Of a stretch of DNA of 64,000 bases, positions 24,170-45,899 are shown in pieces. The DNA comes from Amoebidium appalachense (lineage: Eukaryota; Protista; Ichthyosporea): positions 6,631,962 to 6,695,961 of the forward strand of contig CAVNZM010000007.1 of the NCBI GenBank assembly GCA_963693365.1, written 5' to 3'. The translations under genes were made by a program, and so were the position numbers. Below the pieces are notes generated by a model, which saw nothing but the letters and a program-made list of their open reading frames with translations, searched no databases and was not told where the DNA came from. Each line of letters begins with the position of its first letter. The first letter of the stretch is position 1.

Positions 24170-26146
24170 AGTGTGTGTAGCTGATGTGTACGGCTTCGGC
24201 GACATGTTCAAAGAAGTTCAACATTTTGAATCGCCCGCGCGCAGCTGTGATCATGATTTGTCCAGCCAGACCGTCTAACATGCATTCCAGCAATAAAATA
24301 CTCGGGCCGAAAGCCAATCAAATGACACTGCTCTAAACTCACAGTTATGAGAGTCAGGCACTCAATTTCCTGACTTTTAGCCAATGTTACGGTGTTGACG
24401 TCAATCAATCACTCTGGATCAACGGTACGCGATCAAGCTACACTATGTAATGTACGCGAATATCGGCGATGTTGCATCCGTGTACTCCGGATATTCACTC
24501 CCAGCCTCGGTTGCAGATATGCAGTTTTTTTAAAAACAAGCTAGCTGAACACCCATTTGAGCTTCCGAATACTGCATGCATGGCTTTCCGGTTCAGCTTC
24601 TTGTCTATAGAAACAGACACATGCGGGATATATACGCCGTGAGGTCGACGGGCAGCGCCGCCATCTGCCAATCATAATTCCTCTCTGTGATTTAGTAATC
24701 ACCGTCCTGCAACATTCTTTTGACCTCGTCCGGAGTCGACCACTGCTCCCTGGCGGCAGGGCCCATCCGTTAGCCTGCCACACAGAATTTCATTCTCGTA
24801 TATTTTGCAAATTATCTCTGCCCTTTTCCTTAGCATGCATAGTAGCAAACTTATTTCTAAAGAAAGCTATTTCTGGACTTTTCAGGTTGCAACTTCTGGG
24901 ATGACTCTGGCTCAAGTAGGCTCAGCTCTGGCCGCGCAACCATTCGTTGAAAGTCATGACGGAATGTTCCTAAATTCCGCAGCAGTGTTCAAAGTCGCAT
25001 CTGATTGGCTGAAGACCCTGTGTTTATGTGGGTGAGCGCGCGCGTTTACGACATCTGACGGTGACCCAAAAATATCACGTTGAAACAGAGACCCACTTTT
25101 CATGATTGTTCCCTACAGTTCCCAACTGTTTCCCAGCCCGCCATTTTTTCTAATTCTCACTGCCTCATTCATGTTTCATCAACCTTTTTACAGGCTCTTG
25201 GCTTAAAGGGAGACAAGGGAACTCTATTGCTACTAGGGAAAAAACTATACCTAAGAAGGAAGTCTCCCTTTGTTGGAAAACGACGACCTGCGATCACTTC
25301 GTTTTTGACAAAGGTACGTACACAAACAGCTGGCCATGTTTCAGTTCAGACGCATGTTTCTTATTTAAACTCTATTTTTTTGCAACCAAAGCTTCGCTGC
25401 TACTTCGATTCGCTCCTTCTGTAGTTCCCGCAGGCATGCACCGGTTCCTGCTTTGAACGCGTTGCATGGTTCCTAGGGCTATCATCACAGAGTACACACG
25501 CTTCATATGCATACACACCAGTGTACTGTGCAGGATATACTGTGTGACAAACCGCTTTTACTAGAACAACAGACGGGCCTGGTCTATTTTCTCCTATCAA
25601 CGCGTGCATGCGCACGACGGTTTGAGTGTTATTGCGGGCTTGGGGTTTGCTGGGTTTCTTTATGTTACACTGCCACTGGTGACCTAACATGTTTACACCA
25701 TGGAGTCTGCGTGTGTATGTTTGGGGGTTGGGGTGGGTGGGGGGTGGGGGTGGTGGTGGTGGGGGGGGGGGGGGGGGGGGGGAGGGGGGGGGGGATTAAA
25801 GGGGTCGGGGGGATTAATGTGGTGGCCATTCTCTTCTAGGAGTCCCAAAATCGCAACTCAACAGTAGCCTTGGTTATGAAAATGGGGAGACGTCAGTCCT
25901 CATTCTGGATGTCCACCTCAAATGGAGGGGCAGGGGAAGATTTGTGTGTTTTGAGGAAGTTCGTATGTAAGGGTGGGGTAGGGATGAGGGTAGGTAACAG
26001 AAAAAGGGAGGGGAAGAGGGGAGGATGGGCGTAGGCGTTGGGTTCGGGTGAATGCCAAGCACAGTGGATGCTGACGTAAGAAGTGGGACGCGGGCAAAGG
26101 GTGTCACTCTAACCCTACGTGCTTCTATGCTCAGGAAGGAATTAGA

Positions 26147-34312
<8,166 letters not shown>

Positions 34313-34326
34313 GCCGATCTATTATC

Positions 34327-34390
34327 AGATCGAAATCCGGTGATTTGATTAGTGGTAGAGATCGAAATGCGGTGATTTGATTGGTGGGGA
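34327..34390. repeat. 2 x 32-bp tandem repeat just after the G-alpha stop codon
   Basis: agatcgaaat(c/g)cggtgatttgatt(a/g)gtgg occurs twice. Confidence 0.75.
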
Positions 34391-35471
34391 CCCAGATCTT
34401 GTGATATGATTGGTGGATGCTGGAACGCAGGACGGCGGAGCAACGGTGCCTCGGGCATTATATGAGACAAATTAGTGAGACCGATGATATATAGCCAATA
34501 GAAATGTACAAATAATAGCTAAATAAATTTTTCACAAGATTTTTATGAACTGACCATAAGGGTGGGTGGATAATGGGTATTTGGGCTCACCAAAATGTGA
34601 CCCCAGAATGGGGAGGGAGGGGGGGGGGGGAGGGGGGGGGGGGGGAATACATTGCGTATGTGATTCATTCTGTGTATTTGAAACAGCTATGTGAAGAGTT
34701 TGCTTTATAATTATTTATCCATTTTTCGATGTGGTTTCACGAGTGTGTGCTGGGTTATCTTTTGTTGGCTTTATTCGTTTCCGATATAGGTAGTACTCGC
34801 TTGAGTTGTTAAGGCTCACCAATTGATACCAGATTGTTTTTTATTTTATTTCTTTTTTTTTTTCCCAGTATTGTGGGCGTCTTGTGTTTGTGTGTGTTTG
34901 GGTTTTATAATTCGGGTTGGAATATCTCATCCATTATCACGTTCGGGGTGTCGAGCAGACTCGAGCTGCGGTTCGTTACCTAATAAAACCCCCCGTCTTT
35001 AGTCTGGATATTTTCCCCAGTTTTGGCTGATGTTTCAATGATCTCTCTCTGTGATCGGTAATACGGGGTATTTCGATATTCGTAAAATATAACAGGGCCG
35101 TGGGTGGAAAGGAAGGCAAAATATGGTGTTTTCTCGTTGGGTGAAGACTGTTATCTGAATTAATGTTAAAGCTGAACGGGGGGTTGAGTATTTTTTTCCC
35201 TATTCTTTTCTGTTTATACCATTTTCCCCGGGATAATTATGGTGTGTAGAAATATTTTCTCGACTGGTATAATTTCGCTATCTGTAACTCCACTGTAGCA
35301 TAGTAAGCAATAAAAAAAGGGGGCGGGCCACACAGATTGAGATACCATTGAGCTAAGCTGCATGCGAATGCTTGTGTGTGTGTGTGTTGTGTGTGTGTTG
35401 CGTGTGTGTGTGTCTGTGTGTCTGTGTGTGTGTGTCTGTGTCTGTGTCAGACTCTGTGTCTGTGTGTGTGT

Positions 35472-35564
<93 letters not shown>

Positions 35565-37688
35565 TGTGTGTGTGTAAAGCGCGTGCATGTGTGTGTTTAT
35601 GTGACTGTGTGTCTTTTCCTTTTAATTGTACTATTATTTTCCCTCTCTTCAAGTATTTTGTCTTCCCTTTTGAATTTGGATGCATGTCCAAAAGAAAAAA
35701 TCGATGATCATGAGCCGTGCCCACCAATATATTTGGTAAGGCAGATTTCACGCACGCTCACATACAAGTGGTGCATGTTTTTACAAATACCTTACTTATA
35801 TCTAGGAATGTTAGTTTTACAACAAATCCTATTATGATATTTATCCAATCAAATGAATAGGGATCGGTGTCCCAGCCAGCAACATGGCATACAGACGGAG
35901 GTACACATCATCCTTTTGGCATTAGACAGTGCATGCACCAGAAGTGGTCATTTTTGTTCGAAAACATGGGCAGAAGAGAGATTTTTTCCTTGTCTTCCCT
36001 CCACCCTCCCCCCCCCCCCCCCCCCCGCTCCCGCCTACCCCCCCCCCCCCCCCCCCCCTTCCTCCGTCCCCTCCCTTGCCGACATCTTCCTTCCTCTCCA
36101 TCCCATCATCTGTTCTCCGTGGCTATTCCACTCAGTTGCATGTGTGTGTGCGCCTGGTGTACGTTGTTGCTTCGGGAAGCAGCGTACTGCCGGCGGCCGG
36201 CGGAATGAGGAGGAGAGAAGGGGAAGGGGGGACACGGAGGGGGGGGAGGGGGAGGGGGGGGGGGGGGGGGGGGGGAAGGAGGGTTTGTACATCATATTTT
36301 TGTTGGTACCTAATATTAGATATATCCCGTGACACACTCATTCCCCCCCCCCCCCCCCCCCCCCCCCTCCTCTCCTCCCCTACCCTCCCATCCCCTCGGA
36401 TCCCCCCCCGAAAAAAAGGAGTCTGGTGCCCTACTAAAGCAATAATTTTGTAATGGTTGATAGTGCATGCTGAAATTTCGAAACAATATGCCTATTTCAA
36501 GGCGGCCGGATCCGTGGAGAGCATATCAACTTGAAGGGGGGGGGAGAGGGGGGGGGGGGGGGGGAGGGGGAGGGATGGGGGGGGGGGGGGGGGGGGGTGT
36601 AAATTTGGTAATTGCCACCGAATTTCATGATTGCTACCTCTAAATGGACTCGGAAGGGGGTGGGGATTTTGCATAAGCAAAAGGGGTTACACATGCATGT
36701 GTGTGTGCTGTATTGGAAAGGGGGAACGTTTTTTTTTTGTTTTTTTTTGGGGGGAGGGGGGGGGGGGGGGGGGGGGGGGGTTGGAGGGGGGGGGTGAGTT
36801 TGTGTGTGTGTGTGTGTGGGGGGGGGGGGGGGGTTTGTTTTTTGGAGGGGTGATTTGTTGGGGGAACTGGGGTTGCTGTTGTCTTAAACGTTTTCCTCCT
36901 TTATTCTGTGTGTTTGCGCCAATACAAATGGTCCAAAGCACGTGTCTATAATATACTCCCAATTGTGCGCGGCATGCATGTGTGTGTATGCAAGTGCGTG
37001 TGTGTGTGTGCGCGCCGCATGAGCCCACGTGTGTGTATGTGTTTGCCCCAACACAAATCAGGTCCAAAAGGAGGCGTCAGAATCATACTCGCATATACTC
37101 GGCATAAATCTAGAGTTGGCTAATGTGTGTTCACATCACGCCTGTTAAAGACCAGCATCGACACGACATGATGGCGCACACAGTACATTTATGTCAAATA
37201 ATTATATGGAACGTCTCCCTGCGACCGCCATTATCCACTAATGCTCGTAATGAAAATAAAAGCAAGCGCTTCATCAGCATACACTACAACTAAGTCATGA
37301 CATACTCGTTTGTAACGTGGTATATACACTAATTAGCGAGCTAAAGACATGGCTGGCGACTTTCCCTATTAGTAACTGTACACGGTTGATATATCATACA
37401 GTTACCTGTCAGACAGGACAAATATAAGAATATCAGGCTCGACAATAATGAGCGATACTACCATTCATCGAGTGCAAATATGCCCCAGAACCAGAAGACC
37501 AATTAGTTTAACAATAGTATTTGTGTTATGCCCCGAACATCGTGGGCGCAGCTATATCACGACATACGTTGCAAAAAGTCTGTGATGAGAAACCCCAATA
37601 CATAAAACTTTTGCCTTGACTACAACGTTGTTCCTTCTCTTGATACTAATTTGGCACCATAGTTTTCTAACTCCTAGAGCCTACGGTG

Positions 37689-37737
<49 letters not shown>

Positions 37738-38228
37738 CGCGCGCGTGCGCGTGTGCGTGTGTGCGTGCACGCGCACACGCGCCCCACGGGGCGCCACACG
37801 GCCTAATACCAAGTGGAGAAACAAGCAAGCACACGCTTGCAAATCTAGACCTACACGTCATTATCTTCGACAATACAACCAAAAACAATTCTAAAAATAA
37901 AGGCAAGAATAGATATACTCGTAATCTTCGTGGGCGATATGTTGTCAGGCAACATTAGCCTGCTCAAAGGTAGTGAGATAATTGCACCTCAAATTTTCAT
38001 ATCTCACAGTATCTAGTGGGGAAAAAGAAAAAAACTGGCAGAGAATTCGAGAAACAGCATGCGAGAAAAAAAACAAACAAACAACAAAATAACAACGAGT
38101 AGTGACCACAGTCCCAACTCCGGAGACGATAAAATTCATACCGGTTGGTCAAACACTGGAGGGAGCTTCAAACACTATTTTCCCCTCAGCAAACATTCAG
38201 AACCATTGAAGCTCTGGTGCGTGGCGAG

Positions 38229-38828
38229 TCACACGGCACCCGCGCTATGTGCACCGACCGGCGTGCGCGCATGATGTGGCGCGCTGAACCGCCTTTCACT
38301 TGTAAGATCACTTGCTGATGACGGAAGGGAACCAAGGCTTAAGCTACTGCCGGAGCTCGCCTGCCCCAGTCTGCGTTGCCTTGTAACGATCTCGGCATCG
38401 AAATTCCTCCCGTTGTTGTTGTTCCAATGTTTTGCGCCGAACGCATCAACACTGCACAGAGCAAACGAAACATGCTGGCCCGGGAGCGTGTGTCTTGGCA
38501 ACTGTATGCTAAAGAAAAAGTGATTTGTGCAGGAGGTATCCTCATTATCCACCGGCGGCCCCTCCGTGCATTCTGATTGCACATGCACAGCATGTTCATC
38601 CCTACAGCTAACCCAATTGTCCAGGCTGTAGCGTACAAAAACATCGGTTGATGATGGGAGGCCACTGACCGCAACTGCGCCGCGTATTCTCATGCTAAGC
38701 GGTTCAAATGCGAGCCACGTGAGAAGTACGGTATGCATGCCTGGCTGCAGGGACATCCGCCCTGGATGAGGAACGGGGGAAGATGGGGCCATGTCAAAGT
38801 GTAGGTAAAGGGTCTCTCGAACACCCAT
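38229..38828 (-). CDS. CBM21 (starch/glycogen-binding) domain protein, similar to PP1 glycogen-targeting subunits
   Basis: IRGAVAV...VFVRYSLDNW...FFFSIQLP...VSFALC...HWNNNNGRNF matches the CBM21 signatures (V.VRY(T/S).D.W and WDNN.G.NY). No RVxF motif is seen, so an upstream exon is possible. Confidence 0.85.
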   Translation of the reverse strand: MGVRETLYLHFDMAPSSPVPHPGRMSLQPGMHTVLLTWLAFEPLSMRIRGAVAVSGLPSSTDVFVRYSLDNWVSCRDEHAVHVQSECTEGPPVDNEDTSCTNHFFFSIQLPRHTLPGQHVSFALCSVDAFGAKHWNNNNGRNFDAEIVTRQRRLGQASSGSSLSLGSLPSSASDLTSERRFSAPHHARTPVGAHSAGAV

Positions 38829-40620
38829 TCTTTAAGAGGCCTAAAGGGGGAATCTGCTTAGATGAAACTAAACGGTAGAAGGTTGTTGAAGACGCCTGAA
38901 GTCAAAGGAAGTCAACTTATATAAAGTTTTCTTTTTCACCTTTGAAAGAAATCATTCGCTTTTTAAAAGATGCTGGTCTGATGTGTAAAAGATGCTTATG
39001 ATGTTTAAACCATCTGACAAATTCGTGTGGATCTCGTTTCAATCACGTGTGTAGAAAGAGAGATGAATTGATAATACTCTTCGGTATCACTTCCAACTGA
39101 CTGCACGAGTTTTTCTGGTGTAGACACTTGCACGAAAACATACAACGTCGCGAACAAAGAGCCTTTGATAACCATGTGAAGAACGGAAAAGCCTTGGTGT
39201 GTAATGCATTCATGGCATGCATAATAAACTGCTGTACGTAATCGGCTAACGGCACATGCGTCTGGCCTATGAAGTGGGCACCGGTACATAAATCGTAATA
39301 CGTATGTTGCTGCATTATGTGCGAGTTCAAGCGGTAAATCAACAAGCCTTTGCTGAGTCTTGGAACAAATATTCATTTATAATTTAGTATATGCATTAAG
39401 AAATGATTTTCTCTCTGTTTCTTTTATGTGCATAGTGTATAACCTAGAGTTTTTTGTGTTCTCAGGGGTACAGTGCAGGGCGGAAAATATTCCCCACCGC
39501 AGATCCGCTGGACATTTTCATGAGCCACTTTTAGGTCAGCGACGAATAAGTAGTGTGACTGCGCATCAATCAAAAGACGCCATGTATTATTCATCCAATC
39601 AACGACGAACAGCTGACAGCACTAATGCATGTGTGTACAGGAAGAGCAGTGTGCACTGGCAAAGGTAAGCCTGGCAGTGTTTCCAACATTCACGAGGCTT
39701 TTTCTCCAAAACTAGCAGGTTGTAATCAACAAATCAATCATGTGCATTAAACTTAGTCTTCATTTTGGCACTAGGTTTGAAGGTTGACTGGAATACAGCC
39801 CAAGTAAAGAATGGACTTGAAGTAGGGGAATGGGAAGAAGAAAGAGTACTGGTACTTATTTATTGCATCGTGACATCTGATTGGTTTAGACGAACCAAGT
39901 AGTTTTCAAGTGTTGCCGCCGGGCGTCGGCCGGTGGTGACGACTGACGAGGCTCGCGGCTGGGGGTGCTGCCACCCAAGCCTACCGTAGCGTACCGACTC
40001 CCGAGTTTACAGCTCTCAAGTTGATTATGTACGAAGCACGTGCATGTCTAATATTATTTTTTAGTTCTTTATTTATTTTTTCTGCCGCATAGGCTCGTTT
40101 TTGTCCCTGCTCTCGCGTATACAACGGTTGCGCCGAGCTAACACCGGTGCCGCCGAGTCGGGCCCCGACCCGCCAGCGTGAGAGGGCCGGAAAAGCCGCG
40201 ATGGCCCGCGAACTTCATGGATCTTTACACTGAGATCTAGGCTGGCTAGAGAATGGCTAGATCTGCAATTCCGATTGGCCGTTCGGCTACCAGTGATCTG
40301 TTCCGGAACGTAGAGCATGGACTGGAGCAGATCTGTCATCTACGGCTATTTTTACATGTGTGTACATGTGCATGTACAGCACCGTTCATAGGGCCAGATG
40401 GTTAGCGGCGGTCCGTGCAAGTTGCCAACACTTTGGGTAGTGTTTTGTCTTTTCCGGATGGCTGTAAGATTTTTTTTTATGCTCGTAATTACTTCTATAC
40501 TTACTGTGGCATCCAACTTAATATATATGCATGGTCTTACGGTACGTCCGATCATGATCCGATATGCATTTTGTGTGCCCTTCCCTCCGGAGAGGCCCGA
40601 GGGGGAGGGGGAGGGGGGGG

Positions 40621-40844
40621 GCTACCACCTACAGAGGTGGTGCCTAATTTTCCTTCCTACCTCAGCATAAATGTCTCGCTAGTAGTGACAATGTTTATCT
40701 GTGTACGCGAAGTGACTGCTGCGAATTCGAAGGGAAGGCTGCAAAGAAAAAGGGCTGCGGGCTGCGAAGAAGGAAGGAATAATCGGCCGCCGTCGGCGAG
40801 CCGATTTAGCTCAGAGATGGCGCGTGACACCGTCAGTACGTGTC
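40621..40844. repeat. Dispersed ~210-bp repeat with hairpins, copy B
   Basis: Homologous to 23961-24169, with a small internal insertion. Confidence 0.85.
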
Positions 40845-41139
40845 CGGGGGGGGGGGGGGGGGGGGGGGGAGCGACTTCATTTATGACCGATAAAGCAATT
40901 ATAAAGGCGGTCCATGTGTACACATGTGCCATACACACACATGCGCGCGCACACACACATACACACACATACAAACTCAAAACGTGCACACACGGGTGCG
41001 CGCACACACATGAGAAGCGCTCGCACACAGTCGCGCTTACACACATACTCGCACACACACACACGCGCACACACAAAAGCACTAGCTCACTCACGCACAC
41101 AAAACACGCCGACACGCACACGCACACACACATACACGT

Positions 41140-41179
<40 letters not shown>

Positions 41180-41429
41180 GCACTATACACACACACGTAC
41201 ACACACACACACAAACACTACACACACACGCGCGCGCACACACACAGACACCCCGCTCCCCCCCACACACGTATACACAAAAACACACGTGCACACACAC
41301 GCGCGCGCGAGCGCGGTCAAACACGCACACGCGCACAAAATACACGATACAGGCGCACACGCGTGCACACACACACACACGCACACACACACACGTACCC
41401 GCACACGCACACACGCACACACACAAACT

Positions 41430-41492
<63 letters not shown>

Positions 41493-41494
41493 CA

Positions 41495-41525
<31 letters not shown>

Positions 41526-41619
41526 GCGTGCGCACAAGCACACGCACACACAAACACACACACACACTGTGACACACACACACACATACACACATACACA
41601 CACACACACACACACATAC

Positions 41620-41699
<80 letters not shown>

Positions 41700-42882
41700 C
41701 GAAGTTCCTTCCATAACAACCCGCCACCGGGGGGAGGGGGAGGGGGAGAAGGGGAGCGGGAGGGGGGAGGGGGGTGGAGGGGACGCGGAGGGGGGGGGGG
41801 GGGGGGGAGGGGGGGGGGGGGGGGGGATCGGGAGGGTGTACAGAGGAGGGGTGCGCGCCGCCACGTGATTAATAAAAGTCATTCAATTGCAATCAAAATT
41901 TTCCACGCATTAGGCAGGAAAACACGACACTCCAGCAAGCAAGTTTGAGCTTGTTACGAAAAGAGTTCGAATCTCGGGCGTCTCGGGCAAATGCACAAAC
42001 TGTATCGCATCATACGTGGAATGCTGGCTTGCCGCTCAGATCTAGGAGAAAAAATTACTCAACCTGACTTCAGAGTCCGGCAGGACCAACGCCGGCAACC
42101 ACATGTACAAGCTGCGCAATATTCATGTTCATATAATACTACACTTGTTCATGTAATACTATACAACTAGTAACCCATGTTGTAGCAGAGCTCTCCGCGC
42201 CGAATGCCCACCCAAAAGGTGGACGTGCCATGGCCAGGAATACTATCTATATTGATCCGACCTGAATCGATAAATGCTCCAACCAGAGTACTGTATGACG
42301 TCATCATATAAAAACGCCTGGCGCAGGGTCAGTTTTGCACGTGTTACTCTCTTTTTCTCACCATTTTACCCTAACGTGACAGGGAACAAGCACATCACAA
42401 AAAAACCGTAGAAAAATTCTTGGCGGGGTAGTGGCTTAGTAAGTAATGGTAGGCATTCAACGATTTTGAGCTTCAATTTACGGAGAACTTTGTAGTGTTT
42501 GCGCACCCCATGACTACAATAATTTCTCGGAATGCTTGTTGGTATGGCTTATTTTGCACTTTACGGGTTCTGGCACCGGGAGGCCATAGGCCTGAGCCAA
42601 GAAAAACGTCAAACTTGTTACAAATGCGTGCCAAAGATGCATACTTTAAACGTTCACGTTGTTGCTTTTGCACCACAGGTGCATTTTTCGTTTGAGAAAC
42701 ATTGACATCAGCTTTCAAATTCGTTTTTTTCGGTACACACACTTCAAATAACCCTTTTAGCATCTAGTTACCACAAACAGTTTCGAAGAAACGAATAAAA
42801 ACCAAACAAATCACCCCTAATCCGAAAACGACAAATGAGTGTTGCGCAATGTACAGAAACTGACCAGTGGGCAGAAGGTACT

Positions 42883-44916
42883 TTAACGTGTAGTGTTTCT
42901 GCGTGATCGTACCGGGCCTGTGTTTGTGTTGACTTGGGTGCGTGTGCGTGGAGGAACACCATGTGTGATGTGGTTTTCGAAGCATGCACGTGTTTGATCA
43001 TTGCAGAGAAACACATTACACTTGATGCAGTAGGTATGTGTCTGGTGGCGTTCCCCTTTGTTCCTAAAGCAGAGAACGCATCTACCTTTTCTTTCTTTTC
43101 TGGCACGCTGGTGTCCGTGTAGAGCATGGGGGGCAGGAGCAGCAGGGGGAAGGGGGTATTCTAGTGCAGGCAGGTGGGGGTTGCATATGAGTGCTTCTGC
43201 TAGCTCACGCCTTGTGTCCATGCTCGTGTTTGTGGATTTGCCAAAGTATCTGTATGCAAAGTGTACGTTTGCTACTACAAACCCCAGAAGCCCCCCAAAG
43301 GTGCGGAGTTGGTGACGTTTAGTGCCCAAGGCTTCGTCCACAGAGCCGTTTAACATTCGTGTTTTGTTGAATATATCGGCCATGTTGTAGTTTTCGAAGT
43401 ATTCTTCGACTGCTTTCGGTTGGGGGACGTCATTTCCGTTTCGTGATTTTCTCGGTTGACCCGGCTGAGTACTTGAACATGAGGTGATCACTTTCATACT
43501 GTAGTTCTTGTTTCTCCATAACACCGCAACGAGGTCTACTCCGTCCACACTGCACACTGCCTCCGACCATACACCACGTCCTTCCTCACATAGAAGGTCC
43601 AACATGTTGAGGGGAAAGTCTCTGGTTGCGGTTTTGACATTGAAAAGTGCGTAGAATCCGATTTTGTACACTTCCCTTGTCCCGGTTACTGACCCAAACC
43701 AGCTGTCTCCGACGATCGTTCTGGGGTTACGGTGGGTGGGGTTGGCCCTTGGGGTTAGAAGACGCAAGGTGGTGCCTGTTCCAGCTCCCAACTGTCGGTA
43801 CGGTTTGCTTGCCATCCTAAGCTTCCCCTCGTTCATTTCGAAGTTAATGAGTATGTTGGTTACACAGTCGTGTAGAGTTTTTATTTCTTGACCGAGAGGG
43901 TGGGGTTTTCGTTTTATATAGATTTGGCACGGAAGGTTGCAATGATAGCTGGCAAAGATGGCCTCGTCTTCGCATAATTCATCCCCGGGCTCGATAGAGC
44001 AACGGCACCGACTCTGCAGTGCTTCCATGAAACCGCGTGTGTCTTTCAGTGGATCATCCTCCGGATATTGAGTGATGTCGGTGACGGTAAAGCAGGCACG
44101 GATGTTTTCGAACCGGTGTTCGGTCATGAAGCGGGCAAAGTCGTGTACGGGAAATATGTGGCTTGGGTTCTCTGCTGCCGACGTCCAGTAGTTCGATCTC
44201 GAGCCGGGTTCGAATGTTCCAGCCATGTAAATCCACATACCCAACCACCTAAGTAGCTCACCCGGGGTTAAGTCAACCCAATTTTTGTAACGTGCACGAC
44301 CTACTTCGTTTGTGAGTGGAATGACTGCTGTGAAGAGATACTCCATAGGCATGAAGTGTTCAAACAAACACAGAACACTCTTGCGCTTGTTTAGTGCTAG
44401 TGGAATGGTTGGTTTTCTGCGTGGGCCTGTTCTTTTGTCAAGTACTTGCTCATCTGGAATGGTCCATTGCAAGGTGCACGTGGGGTCGGTGGGGGTAGGT
44501 AACTCTACTTGTTCATCTACAAGTTCTATCTCATCTTCATTCTCACTGTCTGTGACAGGAATCTCTACTTGTTGGATGTCTCCATCTGGATCTTCGTCAC
44601 TATCACTCTCTAGCTCGCTACTTGTGTGTTCACTGTCTTCTTCATCTATTAAAGTTAGCTGATGGCGCAGAACTACTTCTGTGGTACCGTCAAAATCAAA
44701 CTTTACTTTCCATTCACTGCCTTCGTTTGTCTTGCATCGTTTCACTACTGTGCCAACCAGTATTTGTGTGTCCCAACTCAGGCCGAACTTCTTGTAAGAC
44801 CAACGTGTGGTGTCATCTGTGAAATCTTCCCCCTGAACCCCGTCAAATATGTATGCAAAACAACAGACACGAGCTCCAGAATAAAGTGACTCTATTGGGT
44901 CTAATGTTTTGGCCAT
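42883..44916 (-). CDS. piggyBac-like (PGBD, DDE_Tnp_1_7) transposase, 677 aa, uninterrupted
   Basis: Motifs ELLRWLG, MTEHRFENIR, LCEDEA (D1), YIKRKPHPLG, GDSWFGS (D2), YFENYNMADIFN (D3), and a C-terminal Cys-rich domain CVLC...YCIKCNVFLC...CFENH. TIRs and TTAA TSD were not found by eye. Confidence 0.92.
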   Translation of the reverse strand: MAKTLDPIESLYSGARVCCFAYIFDGVQGEDFTDDTTRWSYKKFGLSWDTQILVGTVVKRCKTNEGSEWKVKFDFDGTTEVVLRHQLTLIDEEDSEHTSSELESDSDEDPDGDIQQVEIPVTDSENEDEIELVDEQVELPTPTDPTCTLQWTIPDEQVLDKRTGPRRKPTIPLALNKRKSVLCLFEHFMPMEYLFTAVIPLTNEVGRARYKNWVDLTPGELLRWLGMWIYMAGTFEPGSRSNYWTSAAENPSHIFPVHDFARFMTEHRFENIRACFTVTDITQYPEDDPLKDTRGFMEALQSRCRCSIEPGDELCEDEAIFASYHCNLPCQIYIKRKPHPLGQEIKTLHDCVTNILINFEMNEGKLRMASKPYRQLGAGTGTTLRLLTPRANPTHRNPRTIVGDSWFGSVTGTREVYKIGFYALFNVKTATRDFPLNMLDLLCEEGRGVWSEAVCSVDGVDLVAVLWRNKNYSMKVITSCSSTQPGQPRKSRNGNDVPQPKAVEEYFENYNMADIFNKTRMLNGSVDEALGTKRHQLRTFGGLLGFVVANVHFAYRYFGKSTNTSMDTRRELAEALICNPHLPALEYPLPPAAPAPHALHGHQRARKERKGRCVLCFRNKGERHQTHTYCIKCNVFLCNDQTRACFENHITHGVPPRTRTQVNTNTGPVRSRRNTTR

Positions 44917-45374
44917 GTTGGGCGCTCATCTTTCACATGAAACCCATGGCTTGTTGTGTTCGCGGACTCAGCAAGTTTCGTCCGTTTGATCATGAATCAT
45001 GTTGTTGTCGAGCATGAATTCAAAAACTTGCAACAGCGTCGGCAACCAATAAAAGCTAGGGAAGGCCTTGTTAGTTACCGTACCAAAGACAAAAAAGGTG
45101 TAAACTTATGTTTTCTTACTGGCTGTACAAAAAAAAGCGGGCTCCTGGGCCCCAATAGCTCGCGGTATCCTTCCGAAACAAGCATTCCTAAAGTACTGCG
45201 GTCAGAGTACTTATGGCCGCTAAGTTCTCCGATCAGAGTACATTTCGGATGCATCAATATCCGATTATGACCGTGGTCCGTAGTATCTATTCATAATTTT
45301 GTTTTAAAAGCTCTGGCACTCAGCCTTAGTGGTGCGGCAACTTGATGTTTTTGTTTTGTTTTTTTCCCCAAAGT

Positions 45375-45408
<34 letters not shown>

Positions 45409-45865
45409 CTCCACTGATCGGAGAAGAGGCGAAGGAGGGGGGGGGGGGGGGAGGGAGAGAAGGGGGACGGGGGCTGTTGGAGGAAAAGAGGGAGCCCGGG
45501 GGGCCGGGGATGGGGAGGGGGGGGTCCAAAGAGGAGTTGCGAGCATGTGAACTTTTTGGTGGCCCAAGGCGTGAGGATAAATGATAAATATATAAGCAGG
45601 CCGTACCATATCACGGCATGGGAAACGTAACTTGCTGCCAGTGATATTGTTTTTACAGGCTGACACAACTGTGGTTGTTTATCTAAATGTCAAAAACATG
45701 ACCCTTCTAGATTTAATTCCGTGTGCAGGTGTTGGGCAGTGGGGGAAGGGGACCTTACAGAAAGTTGACCTACTATCATGATCACCATAAAATTAAACTT
45801 GGAAGAAGTTACGGTTGGCTGTATACATTCTAATTGGGGATGACCCGGATGAGAGAGAGATGGGA

Positions 45866-45899
<34 letters not shown>

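Noticed and set aside
39900-40340. GC-rich segment as SRP RNA or hammerhead ribozyme (CTGACGA at ~39943)
   Set aside because: No matching GAAA core or stems and no SRP consensus. More likely a CpG-rich promoter region with CCAAT motifs.
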